64,000 nucleotides of DNA, taken from assembly GCF_006345805.1 (NCBI RefSeq), contig NC_043001.1, positions 17,360,001-17,424,000 on the forward strand, written 5' to 3'. Below, one piece after another: positions 12,580-25,465 of the stretch. The notes below the pieces were generated by a model. That model was given only the letters and a program-made list of their open reading frames with translations, was not told the DNA's origin and ran no database searches. The DNA comes from Octopus sinensis (taxonomy: Eukaryota). The first letter of the stretch is position 1, and each line of letters opens with the position of its first letter. Both the position numbers and the translations under genes were made by a program.

Positions 12580-12679
12580 NNNNNNNNNNNNNNNNNNNNN
12601 NNNNNNNNNNNNNNNNNNNNNNNNNNNNNNNNNNNNNNNNNNNNNNNNNNNNNNNNNNNNNNNNNNNNNNNNNNNNNNN
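12580..12679. other. Assembly gap (100 N)
   Basis: Run of N. Confidence 1.
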
Positions 12680-13296
12680 ATTATTTATTAATACATTATT
12701 CACATATATTCTGTTTAATATTCTTTTGTTCTATTTTTCACTTCAAACAATTATTTTTTCCTCTTGCTAAAAATATGCACATCTATATAGCATGTATGTG
12801 TATAAGTCTACCTGTGTATGAGAGAGAGCACGTGTTCAGATGTATGTATCCGTTGATATATGTTTATGCATATGCACCGGTCTGTATATGTACACACATA
12901 CACACATGAATATACATATACACACATATGTATGTGCTTATCTATGTATATCTGTATGTATGCATGATTTTCCACACATTTCTCATATATACTTTTTTCA
13001 ATATACTTTTTCTGTTTTATGCCGCCCATATTTCTAATACATATTTAATTCAACTTTTTTCGCTCTTTTCTTTATTTCTCTCCCACGCATAGGTATCTGA
13101 ACGTACGAGTGTGTATGTATGTGTGCATATACTTATGTATGTATGTATTTATATATATGTATGTATGTATGTATGAAATTAGGTATGTAGGTGAGGAGAG
13201 AGAGATATAGAATGTGTATGCACAAATATATACATATGCATATGTAATGCATACATACATATATTATATATATATATTTATAATAAGATTAGCTCG

Positions 13297-13339
<43 letters not shown>

Positions 13340-13559
13340 TCTTTTGACTAGGAACAATGGATCTCGAAGCACACATCACATAATTATTTCAGGTTCTCTT
13401 AAAAGTTAATTAAATTTTCATGACGTCTGTAATATAAATATATCTATGTGGAAACGTAATGGCCTCGTGGTTAGGACAGTGGACTCGCGGTCATAGGATC
13501 GCAGTTTCGATTCTCCGACCGGGCGTTGTGAGTGTTTATTGAGACGGTATTTTATATTT

Positions 13560-14700
13560 CAAATATTATTTACAACTTACGAAGTATATCTACTTCAGAG
13601 CGATATACACGTTTCCAGAATAGTCGGAGTGTAAAATGTGACAAACGAGCACACACACGCACACACACACTCTATAAATGTCAAAATGTTGAAACTTGCT
13701 TACTTGAAACTAACTCTAATCTTTGTTGGACCAACATCAGACACACGACACCCAAGCAACCTATTAAATGTAATATTGAAGCCATTATACAACATAGGAC
13801 CAGGCTTCATCGGAGATTGTATGGACATTTAAAATTATAAACCTGGAAGAGTGCATCAGGAAACAATTCTCGTTAGCTTTGATGCAACAAGTTTATAAGC
13901 AACTATACCACGTGGCCAAGGAATTGAAGCCCTGACTTCTGATTCACAAAATACCTAATTCATATCCAGGGAAGATTCTCAACAGACTTAATTTCACATG
14001 GATTTATACCAACACATGGAAATAATGATTTCTTCATTGACAATCATTTTTTCTTAATAAAAGGAACAACAATGGTACATGAGTAGCCCCAACATATGCA
14101 ACATATGCAAAGGGATTCTAATAGGATAGAGTATACTCTCAACTACCAGAAACATTCAACCAACAATTCCCTATCTACGTAAGGAACAATTAGAAACGGT
14201 ATTTGGATGACTATGTTATCTTTTGGAACAAAAATCAAAAGGTTCTAGTATTCTCCCACTCCTTTCTAAATTTATTGAGGTTAGACATCTCAATAAACTT
14301 TTCAATAGAAGAGCATGCAAGTGAAGCACCAATTTTGAACATATAGGTTATCAAACACGAAAGCAATATTAAAATACTTGAATATTCAATATATACAAAA
14401 AAGAACAAACCATTTAACATAACAAAGCGAATTTGCACTGTAGTAATAGACTCTTAATCAAAGAAAACAAATTACAAGAACAAAAAATATTTGTAGCAAA
14501 GGCAAAAATACCCCCACAAGGCTTATTGATACAGTTATTATCAAAGTCAGAAACATGCAACCTACAGATTCCAGTAGTGAGGCAGGCGCAAGAAAATAGA
14601 AATGAACCCCAAAAATTTCCTTTTGTCTTAGCCGACAACCAGAGAAACCACGACATTATCAATGGCGTTTAAAGATATCTCCCAGCAGATGCCATGAATC
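13560..14700 (+). mobile_element. Penelope-like element reverse transcriptase remnant (many stops and frameshifts)
   Basis: LVSFDATSL, IKGTTM..VAPTYA, KRYLDDYVIFW (tatttggatgac 14200-14211), FNITKRICTVV, KYP..LID. Confidence 0.75.
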
Positions 14701-15237
14701 TAACCTAGAAATCTCTACTAAGTAAAATACAATTTACAAAGATAAAAGAAAGAAAAGTAAAAGAAAAGAAAAGAAAGACACAAAAATGTGATGAACATAC
14801 GATTATATTGAAGAAGGAGAAAAAAAGCACTTCTAAAAAAAAGATCAATGCAAAAGTGAATAGCAAATCGATAAATATGATTTGCTCTGCCAACTGCCCA
14901 GATTGCAAGAATACTACGAGGATTGCTGAAAAGTTCCTGGCTTTGTGTAAAAGAAAATACACGATAATCATTTAATTATGATTTTATTCAACTTATTACC
15001 TTCTCAGATACACACATCTATTACAGCAATCCTTCATTTTTTTTAAGCCCGAACTCAGAAAGTTGGGCCTACAAACAGCCCTTTCATGTTACCACTAAAG
15101 CCAGAAACTCTTCAGCACTCCCTCGTTCATTGGAAAAACCGGAATGGGATTATACAAGAGATAGTTAGGATACATAGATTAGAAGTTAATGATTCTTCTT
15201 TTAGAAATATATGTAGTGAACAGTTAGTGATACTCTT

Positions 15238-15420
15238 ATATTGTTTTCCTTGTTTCAGTCATTTGACTGCGGCCATGCTGGAGCACCGCTTCTAGTAAAA
15301 AAAAAATCGATCCCAGGAGTTATTCTTTGCAAGCCTAGTACTTATTCTATCTGTGTCTTTTGCTGAACTGCTATTGTATCAAGCGATGGTGGGGGACGAA
15401 CACAGACACACATACACATA
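15238..15420 (-). mobile_element. SINE family A 3' half
   Basis: ttgtttcagtcatttgactgcggccatgctggagcaccgc. Confidence 0.85.
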
Positions 15421-15451
15421 TGTCTGTAATATTATATATTTATATATATAT

Positions 15452-15501
<50 letters not shown>

Positions 15502-15514
15502 ATATAATATATAT

Positions 15515-15960
15515 AATAAAATATTAGGGAATAAATCCAACTTACAGGGAAAAATCAGATTTAGGATTAAATCCAATTTTATAGTAAAATATTATATTAT
15601 ATTAAATTAGAGATAAAACCACTGTTAGGCAAATCAAACAATGAAAAACATAAGCCAATACATAAAATTAATTAATTTATATTATTTTAAATATATATCA
15701 AAAGTATTAAAAGTTTAATAAAAGATAAAGAGTAAAACCCTACGATCGTTTCATGGCTGTACAATTCGTAATAATTCGAGTTATGGTTACAGTCAATCTT
15801 CAGGTAATTGAAATATTTATCTTCGCGAGATTTAGCAATATATCAATAATACAGTGATTGTTTCTTATCAGGAACAAAATGTTTAATAGGACTGCAATAG
15901 AAGTGCTCAATTAAATGAGACAAATATGTAAATATGGTTTCTTTTTTTTGCTTGGACACT
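15515..15960. mobile_element. Penelope-like terminal repeat with a minus-strand hammerhead core at 15737-15806
   Basis: Same taataaaatattagggaataaatccaa... start as 43215; minus strand reads CTGAAGA...GAAAC-GATC-GTA. Confidence 0.65.
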
Positions 15961-16411
15961 GGCTTTTAACTATAGGTTTCCCTTATATTGAAAAGTAATT
16001 TTTAATCGAAAAAATTTCTAAACGATGAACTTTTATCTTACCTTATATATTATATATTACTTATTTATATGCTTCCTATATATATGTATTTTTATATTTT
16101 TTATATATCTATATATTTATATATTTCTTTATATTTTTATGTATGTATTTGTTATTCTAGGTGTTGCAATGTTTTAAAAAATATATATATTTTTTAGTCG
16201 CTAAAGTATTAATCGTTAACTTTTAACCGCGATGAACTGTATTCACACATTTTTCTTGTATTTTGCTTATATGCTTGTACTGAGGAGTTGTGTTTCATCT
16301 TCCGTGATGTTATACATGTATATTCTATGTGAAAGAAAAAGCATTATGTGATTAAATGTTCGAGATATGAAATGTTACTTGGATGACCTTGTATTTGTTT
16401 GTTCTGCAACC

Positions 16412-16500
<89 letters not shown>

Positions 16501-16514
16501 AGATAGATAGACAA

Positions 16515-17116
16515 CGGAGTGGGTAAAAATACACCTACGCGATCTAAAGTATAGCCCTATGCTTTGTTTGCTGTGAATACCTGAGCAGAATCTTTAGGGT
16601 TGCAAAATAATCAAACTAAGACTTATCTCTCACTGTTCTATGTGAATAAGGTCTGGATGTTCTGATACCATGGGTTATTTTGATTGACAAAACTGAGATG
16701 TAAACAACAGCCTCTTCGATTAGCCGTTTCGAATCCTGCACGAGGCTGATACATTTCAATAACCACTAAATAATCATACACACTATATACTGACATACAC
16801 ACTTTTTTCCATTTTATTTTCTCTGTTAACTGTCCTCGCAACCCCCTTCGTATCTACGATGGGGCCACGAACTATACGATCAAAATCCAGAGTTACTCGT
16901 GGTCAGTGATTTTTCAATAAAAATACGAAGGCAGTTTATCAATTCAAAAATCGATATCGACGAAATTATACTTTCTGATTTTATAATGCTAAAAAGCTTC
17001 CTGACGACCGTCTTTGCAATTCCGAAAAATATCGTAACCATTGGTCCAGCCGTCTGGCGGGAAGAGGGAACAGACAAAGTGACGGACAGACGGACATAAC
17101 GCCCATTATGGTAAGA
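16515..17116 (-). mobile_element. Helitron unit (long form) carrying a helicase motif remnant
   Basis: 5' A|TC at 17117/17116; FTANKA*GYTLDRVGVFLPTP near 16520-16590; homologous to 51430-52000. Confidence 0.8.
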
Positions 17117-17117
17117 T

Positions 17118-17355
17118 TGGCATATTTCGGTCATATTTTGCGGAGAAAATCCCTGGAGAAGGACACCATGCTCGGAATGGTCAGTGGCAAGAGAGGAAGA
17201 GGCCGACCAAGAACCCGCTGGCTTGACACCATCAAGAGTGATACCGGAATGGACATAGCCAATCTGAAAGAAGCGGCCCAGGATAGAACTGACTGGAGGA
17301 CACTGATCCAACGAGTGGCCGAGAGTCGACTTCGACTGAGCGGATAGATAGATAG
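17118..17355 (+). mobile_element. RTE-clade LINE 3' end, 5' truncated, with (GATA)n tail
   Basis: LAYFGHILRRKSLEKDTMLGMVSGKRGRGRPRTRWLDTIK...AQDRTDWR is a typical RTE C-terminus; 10-bp TSD atggtaagat at 17108-17117 and 17356-17365. Confidence 0.9.
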
Positions 17356-17365
17356 ATGGTAAGAT

Positions 17366-17690
17366 AGAAATCTGCCCATCTACGATGGGAAACAAAGGGA
17401 TAGTATCGTAAACTTAAACCCTCTAAATTCAGGAACTATGCGGGTGGTGGTGGGGGATCCAGAGTTAATCCTCGTCGCCGGAATTTTAACAAAAAAATCA
17501 AATGTGATTTATTAATACAAAACTCAATATCCACGAAATAATCATATTTTCTCGCATTTGTTTTTTTCGGTGAAAACCTTCCTGGTTACCTCCTTTGTAA
17601 TCCTGAAAAACATCGTGATTACATTGGTCCGGCCGTTTGACTGTGAAGAGGGGACAGACAGACAGACAGACTGACAGAAGGACATAACGT
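17366..17690 (-). mobile_element. Helitron mini unit
   Basis: Hairpin cccatctacgatggg, (ACAG)n tract; homologous to 52000-52340. Confidence 0.75.
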
Positions 17691-17739
17691 GTGCGTGTGC
17701 GTAGGCGTGTATATTTATATATGTGTAAATGTGTGTGTT

Positions 17740-17801
<62 letters not shown>

Positions 17802-17995
17802 CATATGTATGCGTGTGCGTATGCGTATGTGTGTGTACGTGGATCGATATCTATTTAAATGCATGTGGGGAATGGGTGTGGACACAATGAATAATATTTA
17901 TTATTTGCTGCATTTTTGTGTGTGTGTATGTGTGTGTGTGTGTGTGTGTATGTGTGTGTGTGTGTGTATGTATGTGTGTATGGGTGTGTGTATGT

Positions 17996-18027
<32 letters not shown>

Positions 18028-18068
18028 GTGTATGTGTGTATGTATGTGTGTGTATGTGTGTGTGTGTA

Positions 18069-18107
<39 letters not shown>

Positions 18108-18495
18108 GTATATATGCGTGTATGTGTGTGTTGTTGTTTACCACTGGAACATAGATGTCACTGTGACCCGACTCCGGACTCACCCTCTGCTGACCATCAC
18201 CGCCTATTATTGTATTCAGGAACTTTTATTGACTAAAATGCAAGATGCATGAATAGAACAAAGTCTTTTCTTTCCTTCTTTCCTTTTTTTGGGGGATATT
18301 ATTTTGTTTGTTTACTTTATTTTGACCTTCAGTATTTGTATTATGTGTGTGTGAGTGCATATATGTATATGTGTGTGTGTGTGCGCTTACATATATCAAT
18401 GTGTGTGTGTGAGCGTGTGTGTGAATGTGTATATATATATAAATGGACGTATGTATGTGTGTAAGTGTGCGAGTGTGTGTATGTACAAATGGACG

Positions 18496-18571
<76 letters not shown>

Positions 18572-18850
18572 GTGTGTGTGTCTGCATATATGTATATATG
18601 TGTGCGCGCTTACGAATATCAATGTGTGTGAGGGTGTGTGTAAATGTGTATTTATACAAATGGACGTATATATGCGTGTGAGTGTGTGAGTGTGTGTGTG
18701 TGAGTTTGTATATGTACAAATGGACGTATATGCGTGTGTGTGTGTCTATATATATATGTGTGTGCGCGCTTACATATATCAATGTGTTTGTGTGCGTATG
18801 TATTATGTATGTATATATGTATGTATGTATGCATGTATGTATGTATACAA
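17690..18850. repeat. (TG)n-rich microsatellite and an irregular ~60-130-bp minisatellite (aaatggacgtat / gtgcgcgcttacatatatcaatgtg units at 18340-18790)
   Basis: Direct inspection. Confidence 0.85.
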
Positions 18851-18869
18851 CATCCTGACAAACTTAAAC

Positions 18870-19040
18870 GATATTCTTTTCTACCATAGGCAGAAGAACC
18901 GAAATTTTGGGGGAGGGGGCCAGTCAATTAGACTGACCCAGTATGCAACTGGTACTTAATTTGTCGACCCCGAAAGGATGAAAAGCAAAGTCGACCTCGG
19001 CGGAATTTGAACTCAGTACGTAAAGACAGACGAAAAAACT
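18870..19040 (-). mobile_element. SINE family B (B1 tail)
   Basis: ggatgaaaagcaaagtcgacctcggcggaatttgaactcag core with cccctcccccaaaatttcgg-type tail. Confidence 0.85.
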
Positions 19041-19879
19041 TAAACAGGATTGAAAAAACTTTGTTCCCTCCAAAACGATTTGTTTCACAATTGTTTCGAA
19101 TCCCCAAAACACAGTCCCAAATCAAAGACGGTTTTTTTTTCTTTACAACAAAGGGACACATAATACGATATCGATAATAAGCAAATGAAACCCTCAAATC
19201 ACGATACGATTTTTAAAGATCTAATTATTAAAGTGGGGATAATTATCATAAAGGTCATTCTTATTGATTATTTTCAAATACACACTGCTCTATCAAAGAT
19301 TATATATAAATTCTGTACTTGGAATGACCAAGTTTAAAAACTGCTGGATCTCACTCATAAGGTATTGGAATCTTACATTGTGTATAAACTCTATATTTGG
19401 AAGGACCCATTTTAATCTCTGTTGGATTTTTCTCATAAGGTATTCGAATCTTACATATATACCATTCTGCCTAAAAAATGGATCTACAACTTCAATATCC
19501 CTACATATCTTGCATCTATTTTCTTTCCTCCACCTCACTCTCTATTTTGCATCCTATCTAAATTAATTATTACTTAACCATCCTCTCATACCCTCTCCGA
19601 TGAAGGGATATAATTAATAAATATCCTGGAAACAGCTGTAAGACCTATCTATAAATGTTCTAATATCTACACAGCCTTCGTTTTTCATCTCATTACGAAA
19701 AAAATTCTGATACATATATATATAATATAATATATATATATATATGAAAAAACAAGTCGATAGAAAATGCTAAAATAATTTTATAAAGAACATTTCAGTA
19801 CCGGTTTCGGTCATTTGAGACCTTTTCAACTGTACCACACACACACAACACACTATATATATATAATATATATTAATAT

Positions 19880-19915
<36 letters not shown>

Positions 19916-20349
19916 GTCTGTAAAAAACATAAATCCGAGAAGAAGCACACACTAAGATATAGAGCAGTATATATTAACAATGGGGGAGGCCAGTTTATGG
20001 GATTACGTTAGGTTTCCTCTCCTTGAAGGGTTTTGCTTTATGGCGTATCGTCAGATCTCAAGACCTGTCGGCACAATGCCTCCATATTCTTGGGAGATCT
20101 TGGGCCAACTGGTTTTGAGATCCGACGATACGCCATAAAGCTAAACCCTTTATGGACGGGAAACCTAAAGAAATCCCATAAACCGGTCTTCCTCGTTTTC
20201 AATATATACATACATACATACATACATACATACAAACATACATACATACATACATACATACATACATACAAACATACATACATGCATACATACATACATA
20301 CATACATACATGCATACATACATACATACATACATACATACAAACATTA

Positions 20350-20520
20350 GCGGTATTTCGTCTGTCACTACGTTCTTAGTTCAAATTCCACAGAGGTCGT
20401 CTTTGCCGTTCATCCTTTCGGGGTCGATAAATTAAGCACCAGTCAAGTACTGGGGTTGATGTAATCGACTAGTCCCCTACCCCAAAATTTCCGGCCTTCT
20501 GCCTTTAGTAGAAAAGATTA
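20350..20520 (+). mobile_element. SINE family B (B1 tail) following a (CATA)n tract (20205-20345)
   Basis: gtatttcgtc...ttcaaattcc...catcctttcggggtcgataaattaag. Confidence 0.85.
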
Positions 20521-20584
20521 TAAATATTTGTACAGCAAACAAAAAAAAAACAAACAATAATGGAAAAGTAATGTTTGAAATCAA

Positions 20585-20859
20585 GGATCTTTACTTTTTG
20601 ACCGACAGATTTTTTTAATAATTTTTTGTAACTAAACGCTTTCAAAATTCGTATTCGGCTGAATACACGTCATTGATTGGTTGAAATTACCAAAATACGA
20701 CAAATTTAACAAGAAATAACTTGTAAAATACAGAATTTTCTCAACAACGCCAAGAGTAAAAGATGTTTTATGTGACACATTCCACAAGTATACGAAGTTT
20801 GAAAGTGTTTAGTTACAAAAAACTATTTGTTAAATCTGTCGGTCAAAAGGTAAAGATCC
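20585..20859. mobile_element. MITE with GGATC-start TIRs and an 8-bp TSD
   Basis: TIR ggatctttactttttgaccgacagattt / aaatctgtcggtcaaaaggtaaagatcc; TSD gaaatcaa / gaaatcag. Confidence 0.8.
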
Positions 20860-21271
20860 GAAATCAGTCCAAAAAATATTTCTACCCTCGTTCACTTTAG
20901 CGATGAAGTATATTAGGAGGATGTTCAAAGCATTTTCATTGGCATTCCAAAAATTTTAGGGGATACGCTTTCACCCTCTGCACCCGCCGTTCCCGAGCCT
21001 ATGAACGTCAGGTTTCAAATAAGGGTCTTTTTCACATGTAGATTTACGTCAATCTACATATAAAAAAGACCCTTATTTGAAACACACCTAGTTACACATT
21101 CACGTGCATATGCATATTCATATTCAGTTCTAGATGAACGCTGAGTCTCTCGAGTGCGTGTCCCCTTTGAGAGGTTTTGTTTTTCGTCCGGTCTACTAGG
21201 TGTTCAAATTCCCGGGCCCGCACACACACACACTCATACACAGTTGTCTGTGTGTCTATGTAACCAATATA

Positions 21272-22127
21272 CAGGGTGTCCCAAAAGTCACTGATGGGAT
21301 TTAATTTTTTATAACTTCCCAAACTTTACAAATAAATGTATGAATTTTTGATACAATATAAAGGACATAATGGAAATTAATATGCACAAGTCAAATTTTG
21401 CAACACCACTACATCATATAGAAAAAAGGACATCGCTTAATTGGCAGCCATTTTCAGCTTCGCACACCCGTGCTCTTTCCAAAACTTGCGCCATAACACC
21501 CTCAAGAGTTTCGGACCCCACTTCTCTGATTTATCTATTGATGTTCTCCTTCAGTTGCACTAGGGTCCCCGGTTTGTTGACGTAAACCCTAATTTTCGGG
21601 TATCCCCACTAGAAAAAATCCGGGCTAGTCAAGTCTGGGGAACGCGAATGTCAGTTGACTTTGCCATACCGAGAGATTATTCTCTCTCCAAAGCACAGCC
21701 GTAGCAACTGCCTTGTTTCTCTTGTGATATGTGCAGTGGCCCCATCTTGCTGGAACCATGTGTGAGGTCTACTTTGAATGGCTTTCACGTCCCCCAACTT
21801 GATTATCCCGGATTTTTACTTGTGGGGATACCTGGAAAAGAGGGTTTACGTCAACAAACCTGATATCCTGGTGCAACTGAAAGAGAACATCAGTAGAGAA
21901 ATCAGGGAAGAAGTGGGGTCTGAAACTCTTGAGAGTGTTATGGTGCAAATTTTGCCATTTAAGAAATGTCATTTTTCATAAGTGATGTAGAGGTGTTACA
22001 AAATTTGACTTGTGCATATTAATTCCCATTATGTCCTTTATATTGTATCAACATTTCATGCATTTATTTGTAAAGTTAGGGAAGTTATTAAAAATTGAAA
22101 CCCGTCAGTGACTTTGGGGACGGCCCG
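21272..22127. mobile_element. DD41D (rosa/Visitor-type) Tc1/mariner derivative with two inverted 3' ends
   Basis: TA flanks; minus strand WFQQD-41 aa-D (GATAH...SRSPDLTSPDFF*WGY); plus strand repeats PDFYLWGYLEKRVYVNKP. Confidence 0.85.
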
Positions 22128-22198
22128 TAGTACCTTTATGAACAGGGTTAATTTGGCTGTTTCTCTGAAGATTGAAAACATGATGAACAACTTTAATC

Positions 22199-22626
22199 GG
22201 ATCTTTTCGGTTTGACCGGCAGTTTTTTAAAATAATTTCCGCATAACTAAACACTTTAAACTTCGTATACTGGTAGAATGTGTTTATAAAACATCTTTTT
22301 CTCTTAGCTTTATTGAGAAAAATTCTATGGTTTGTAAGATATTTGTTGTTGTTTTTTCCCTTCAATTTCTGCAATTTCAACCAATCAATGACGTCTATTG
22401 AGGTAAAAAATACATTGTGTGCCGTATGAATATGTCTCTCGTTTAAGAAACAGATTGGGTTTATTTACATTTCTGAAGAAAAAGGATACCTTCCCCCCCA
22501 CCCCTAAACCTAACCCTAACCCTGAAACAGATCGAAATGCAATAGATCGATACTAGGGTCATAATTATGGGTGACAATTTCATATGACACCGCTAGAAAA
22601 AACTGCCGTTCAAACCGAAAAGATCT
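22199..22626. mobile_element. MITE related to 20585-20859 (opposite orientation), 8-bp TSD, internal cctaaccctaaccct
   Basis: TIR ggatcttttcggtttgaccggcagtttttt / aaaaaactgccgttcaaaccgaaaagatct; TSD ctttaatc / ctttattc. Confidence 0.8.
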
Positions 22627-22789
22627 CTTTATTCGATTTTTGAATCTTGATAGATTCTCATCAGAGGCGTCTACATTAATTTGACTAAGCCCCAGAGAAG
22701 CAAATAGCCAATTTGTTTACATCTTTAACAATCATATGCCCTCACACGAATAAACACACACATACGCTCGCATATTTGAGTGAGAGAGA

Positions 22790-23155
22790 GAGATATGACA
22801 AAGTTTAGGAAATACCATGAGTAAGCGAGAAATAGTCTGTATGTAAAAGAGAAAGAGAAAGGGGAGAGAGAGGGGGCGGGTAGAGCAGAGTTAGACAAAA
22901 GATAAGGAATTGTTAATGTGGTAGATATAGAGAGATAAAGAAAATGGTAGAAAGTAAGAGGAAATGGAATTGAGAAAATGTCTGAAAGACAAAAGCAAAA
23001 ATTTTAAAGAAAAAAAACTCATTCTAATGAAGAAAACAGGCGGTAAGAAGGAAAATATAAGAGAAAATACGCGGAGAGCAAAGAAAGAGATGAGAGAAAA
23101 GAAAATGAATGAAAGAGAAGGGGAAGAAATAGAGACGAAAGACAGAAAAGCAATA

Positions 23156-23208
<53 letters not shown>

Positions 23209-23347
23209 GAAAGAAGAAAAAAGAAAGAAAGAAAGAAAGAAAGAAAGAGAGAAAAAAGGAAGAAAGAGAGAGAGAAAGAAAGAAAGAAAGAAAGAAAGGA
23301 AAAAAGAAAGAAAGAAAGAAAGAAAGGAAGAAAGGAAGAAAGGAAAA

Positions 23348-23379
<32 letters not shown>

Positions 23380-23579
23380 ATAAAGAGAGGAGAGACGAAA
23401 AGAGAGCCAGATGTGGAGAGACGGATTATTAAAAGGCGAAAAAAAAAACAGATAAAATTCAGAAACAAATAACAAGGCGGCGAAGGAGAAATAAGAAAAT
23501 AGGAGCGGGTAGGAGGAGAAGAAAGTAGGGAAGGAATAGTGGGATGCTGAGATAAACAATGAAAGAGAGGGTGGGGAGG

Positions 23580-23612
<33 letters not shown>

Positions 23613-23620
23613 AGAAGTCC
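22790..23620. repeat. Purine-rich (GA)n/(GAAA)n low-complexity tract
   Basis: Direct inspection. Confidence 0.95.
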
Positions 23621-24264
23621 TTATTTTTATGTTTTGAATTTATCAGACATTAAGAGACTGGTTACGCAAAAGGTTTAAATGTACTCCTGTCCGAGTGAGA
23701 ATTAGGTTAGTTGAAATGCATCCTATATCCGGCTACTGATGACGAGCGATTTAATATCTTTATCGCATAAATCAACGAAGGTTTAGGGATTTGAACGGTC
23801 ATTGACCTGACAATCAGTTATTGTCCCGAAAACAGAATGGGTGAGGCTTATATAGACAAGGCGGGTAACTTTTAGCGAAAATAACGAAGATAATAAAAAC
23901 ATGGCAACGTCTGGCTGTAGTGGTGTGAGCGGGTACATATAATATACCTATTTCATTTCTTCTGTTTGACTTTTGTGTTTTTCTTTTTTCTAAAATTTAT
24001 TATTGTTTAGCCTCAGGTGGGTACGATCAAACAGACCCACTCTCAAACACATTCAACCCTCGATCACGTATTTTGTTTTTTCAAGCTATTATATCTGGGA
24101 CCACATTATCCAATGTGTCTAATGCATTACAGCTGCAATCATCCCACTTTTTTTTTTCTTTTCTACACTTTAAATACACGATCAACTGTCTTATTAACAA
24201 AGGCGATTAGGCGGGTAATCTTCAGACAAAAAAAAAGCGAGCGGGGAGTAGTGTAGTTATGTCT

Positions 24265-24590
24265 GTGTGGTTCAAAAACTTGCTTTGAACCGCAGTCACG
24301 CAGTTTCGAGTTCAGCCTCACTACGTGGTAACTTGGGTGTTTCCTTCTGTTATAACCCCGGGCCAGCCAAAGCCTTGTAAGTGAATTTGATAAACTGAAA
24401 CTGTGTGGAAACCCGTCATGTATATATATACATGTGTGTGCACACTAGCACACACGTGCCTGTTTCTATTTGCCCTTCTCCCTTCTGATGCTGGCTTGTT
24501 AAAGTCCCTGTAACTTAGTGGTTCGACAAGAGAGCACGTTAGAATAAGTACGGGACTCAAAAATAAGTACTGGGGTCGATTATTTCGCTT
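24265..24590 (+). mobile_element. SINE family A, old diverged copy
   Basis: tctgtgtggtt...gttcgagttcag...aaagccttgtaagtgaatttg...taagtactggggtcgatt. Confidence 0.7.
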
Positions 24591-24659
24591 AAACCCTCCA
24601 GAATTATCGAATTATAATTATTTTCAAGGGTCAAACTACATATGTGAAGGACCAATATA

Positions 24660-25250
24660 CGAAGGCGGCAAGTTGAAAGAAACGTTGGCACGCCTGGCGA
24701 AGTGCTATTTCGTCTGTCTTTACGTTCTGAGTTCAAATTCCGCCGAGGTTGACTTTGCCTTTCATCCTTTCGGGCTCGATAAATTAAGTACCAGTTGCGT
24801 ACTGGAGTCGATCTAATCGACTGTCCCCCTCCCATAAAATTTCGGGCCTTATGCCTAGAGTAGAAAAGAATCGTTAGCACGCCGGGCGATGTGCGTAGCC
24901 GTATTTCGTCTGCCGTTATGTTCTGGGTTCAAATTCCGCCGAGGTCGATTTTGCCTTTCATCCTTTCGGGGTCCATAAATTAAGTACCAGTTACGAACTG
25001 GGGTCGATGTAATCGACTTAATCCGTTTGTCTGTCCTTGTTTGTCCACTCTGTGTTTAGCCCCTTGTGGGTAGTAAAGAAAAAGGTATTTCGTCTGTCTT
25101 AACGTTCTGCGCTCAAATTCTGCCGGGGTCGACTTTGCCTTTCATCCTTTCGGGGTCGATAAATTAAATACCAGTTGCGTACTGGGAGTCAATCTAATCG
25201 ACTGCTCTCCTCCCAAAAATTTCGGGCTTTGTGCCTAGAGTAGAAAAGAA
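24660..25250 (+). mobile_element. SINE family B cluster (B1, then B2 unit plus B1)
   Basis: Head aaggcggcaagttgaaagaaacgttggcacg; three cores; aaagaaaaagg|tatttcgtc tandem junction. Confidence 0.9.
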
Positions 25251-25431
25251 TATACGAAGAACAGCTTGCATGAGGTAAGGTAACAAATTCGATTGCACCT
25301 GGTTTGCTGGATGTATAATCTACTGCTGCATCAGATTATAACTATTTTTAATGGAACCAAACGCACGAAATGATGATCCAAATAAAAATCCCTCATTGGG
25401 TTGGATCCATAACCCCTAACTTACTTGGTGT

Positions 25432-25462
<31 letters not shown>

Positions 25463-25465
25463 TAT

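Noticed and set aside
12573-12770. ORF spanning X residues
   Set aside because: Crosses the 100-N gap
19293-19538. ORF with RCKIC as a GIY-YIG endonuclease
   Set aside because: Only the CxxC-like start is suggestive; no GIY or YIG motif is readable
22500-22525. Interstitial telomere (CCCTAA)n
   Set aside because: Only about three units, internal to a MITE
22891-23559. Lys/Glu/Arg-rich and Phe/Leu/Ser-rich ORFs
   Set aside because: Artefacts of the (GAAA)n tract
23735-23760. CTGATGA heptamers here and at about 54590 as hammerheads
   Set aside because: No stem II followed by GAAA and no cleavage-site helix
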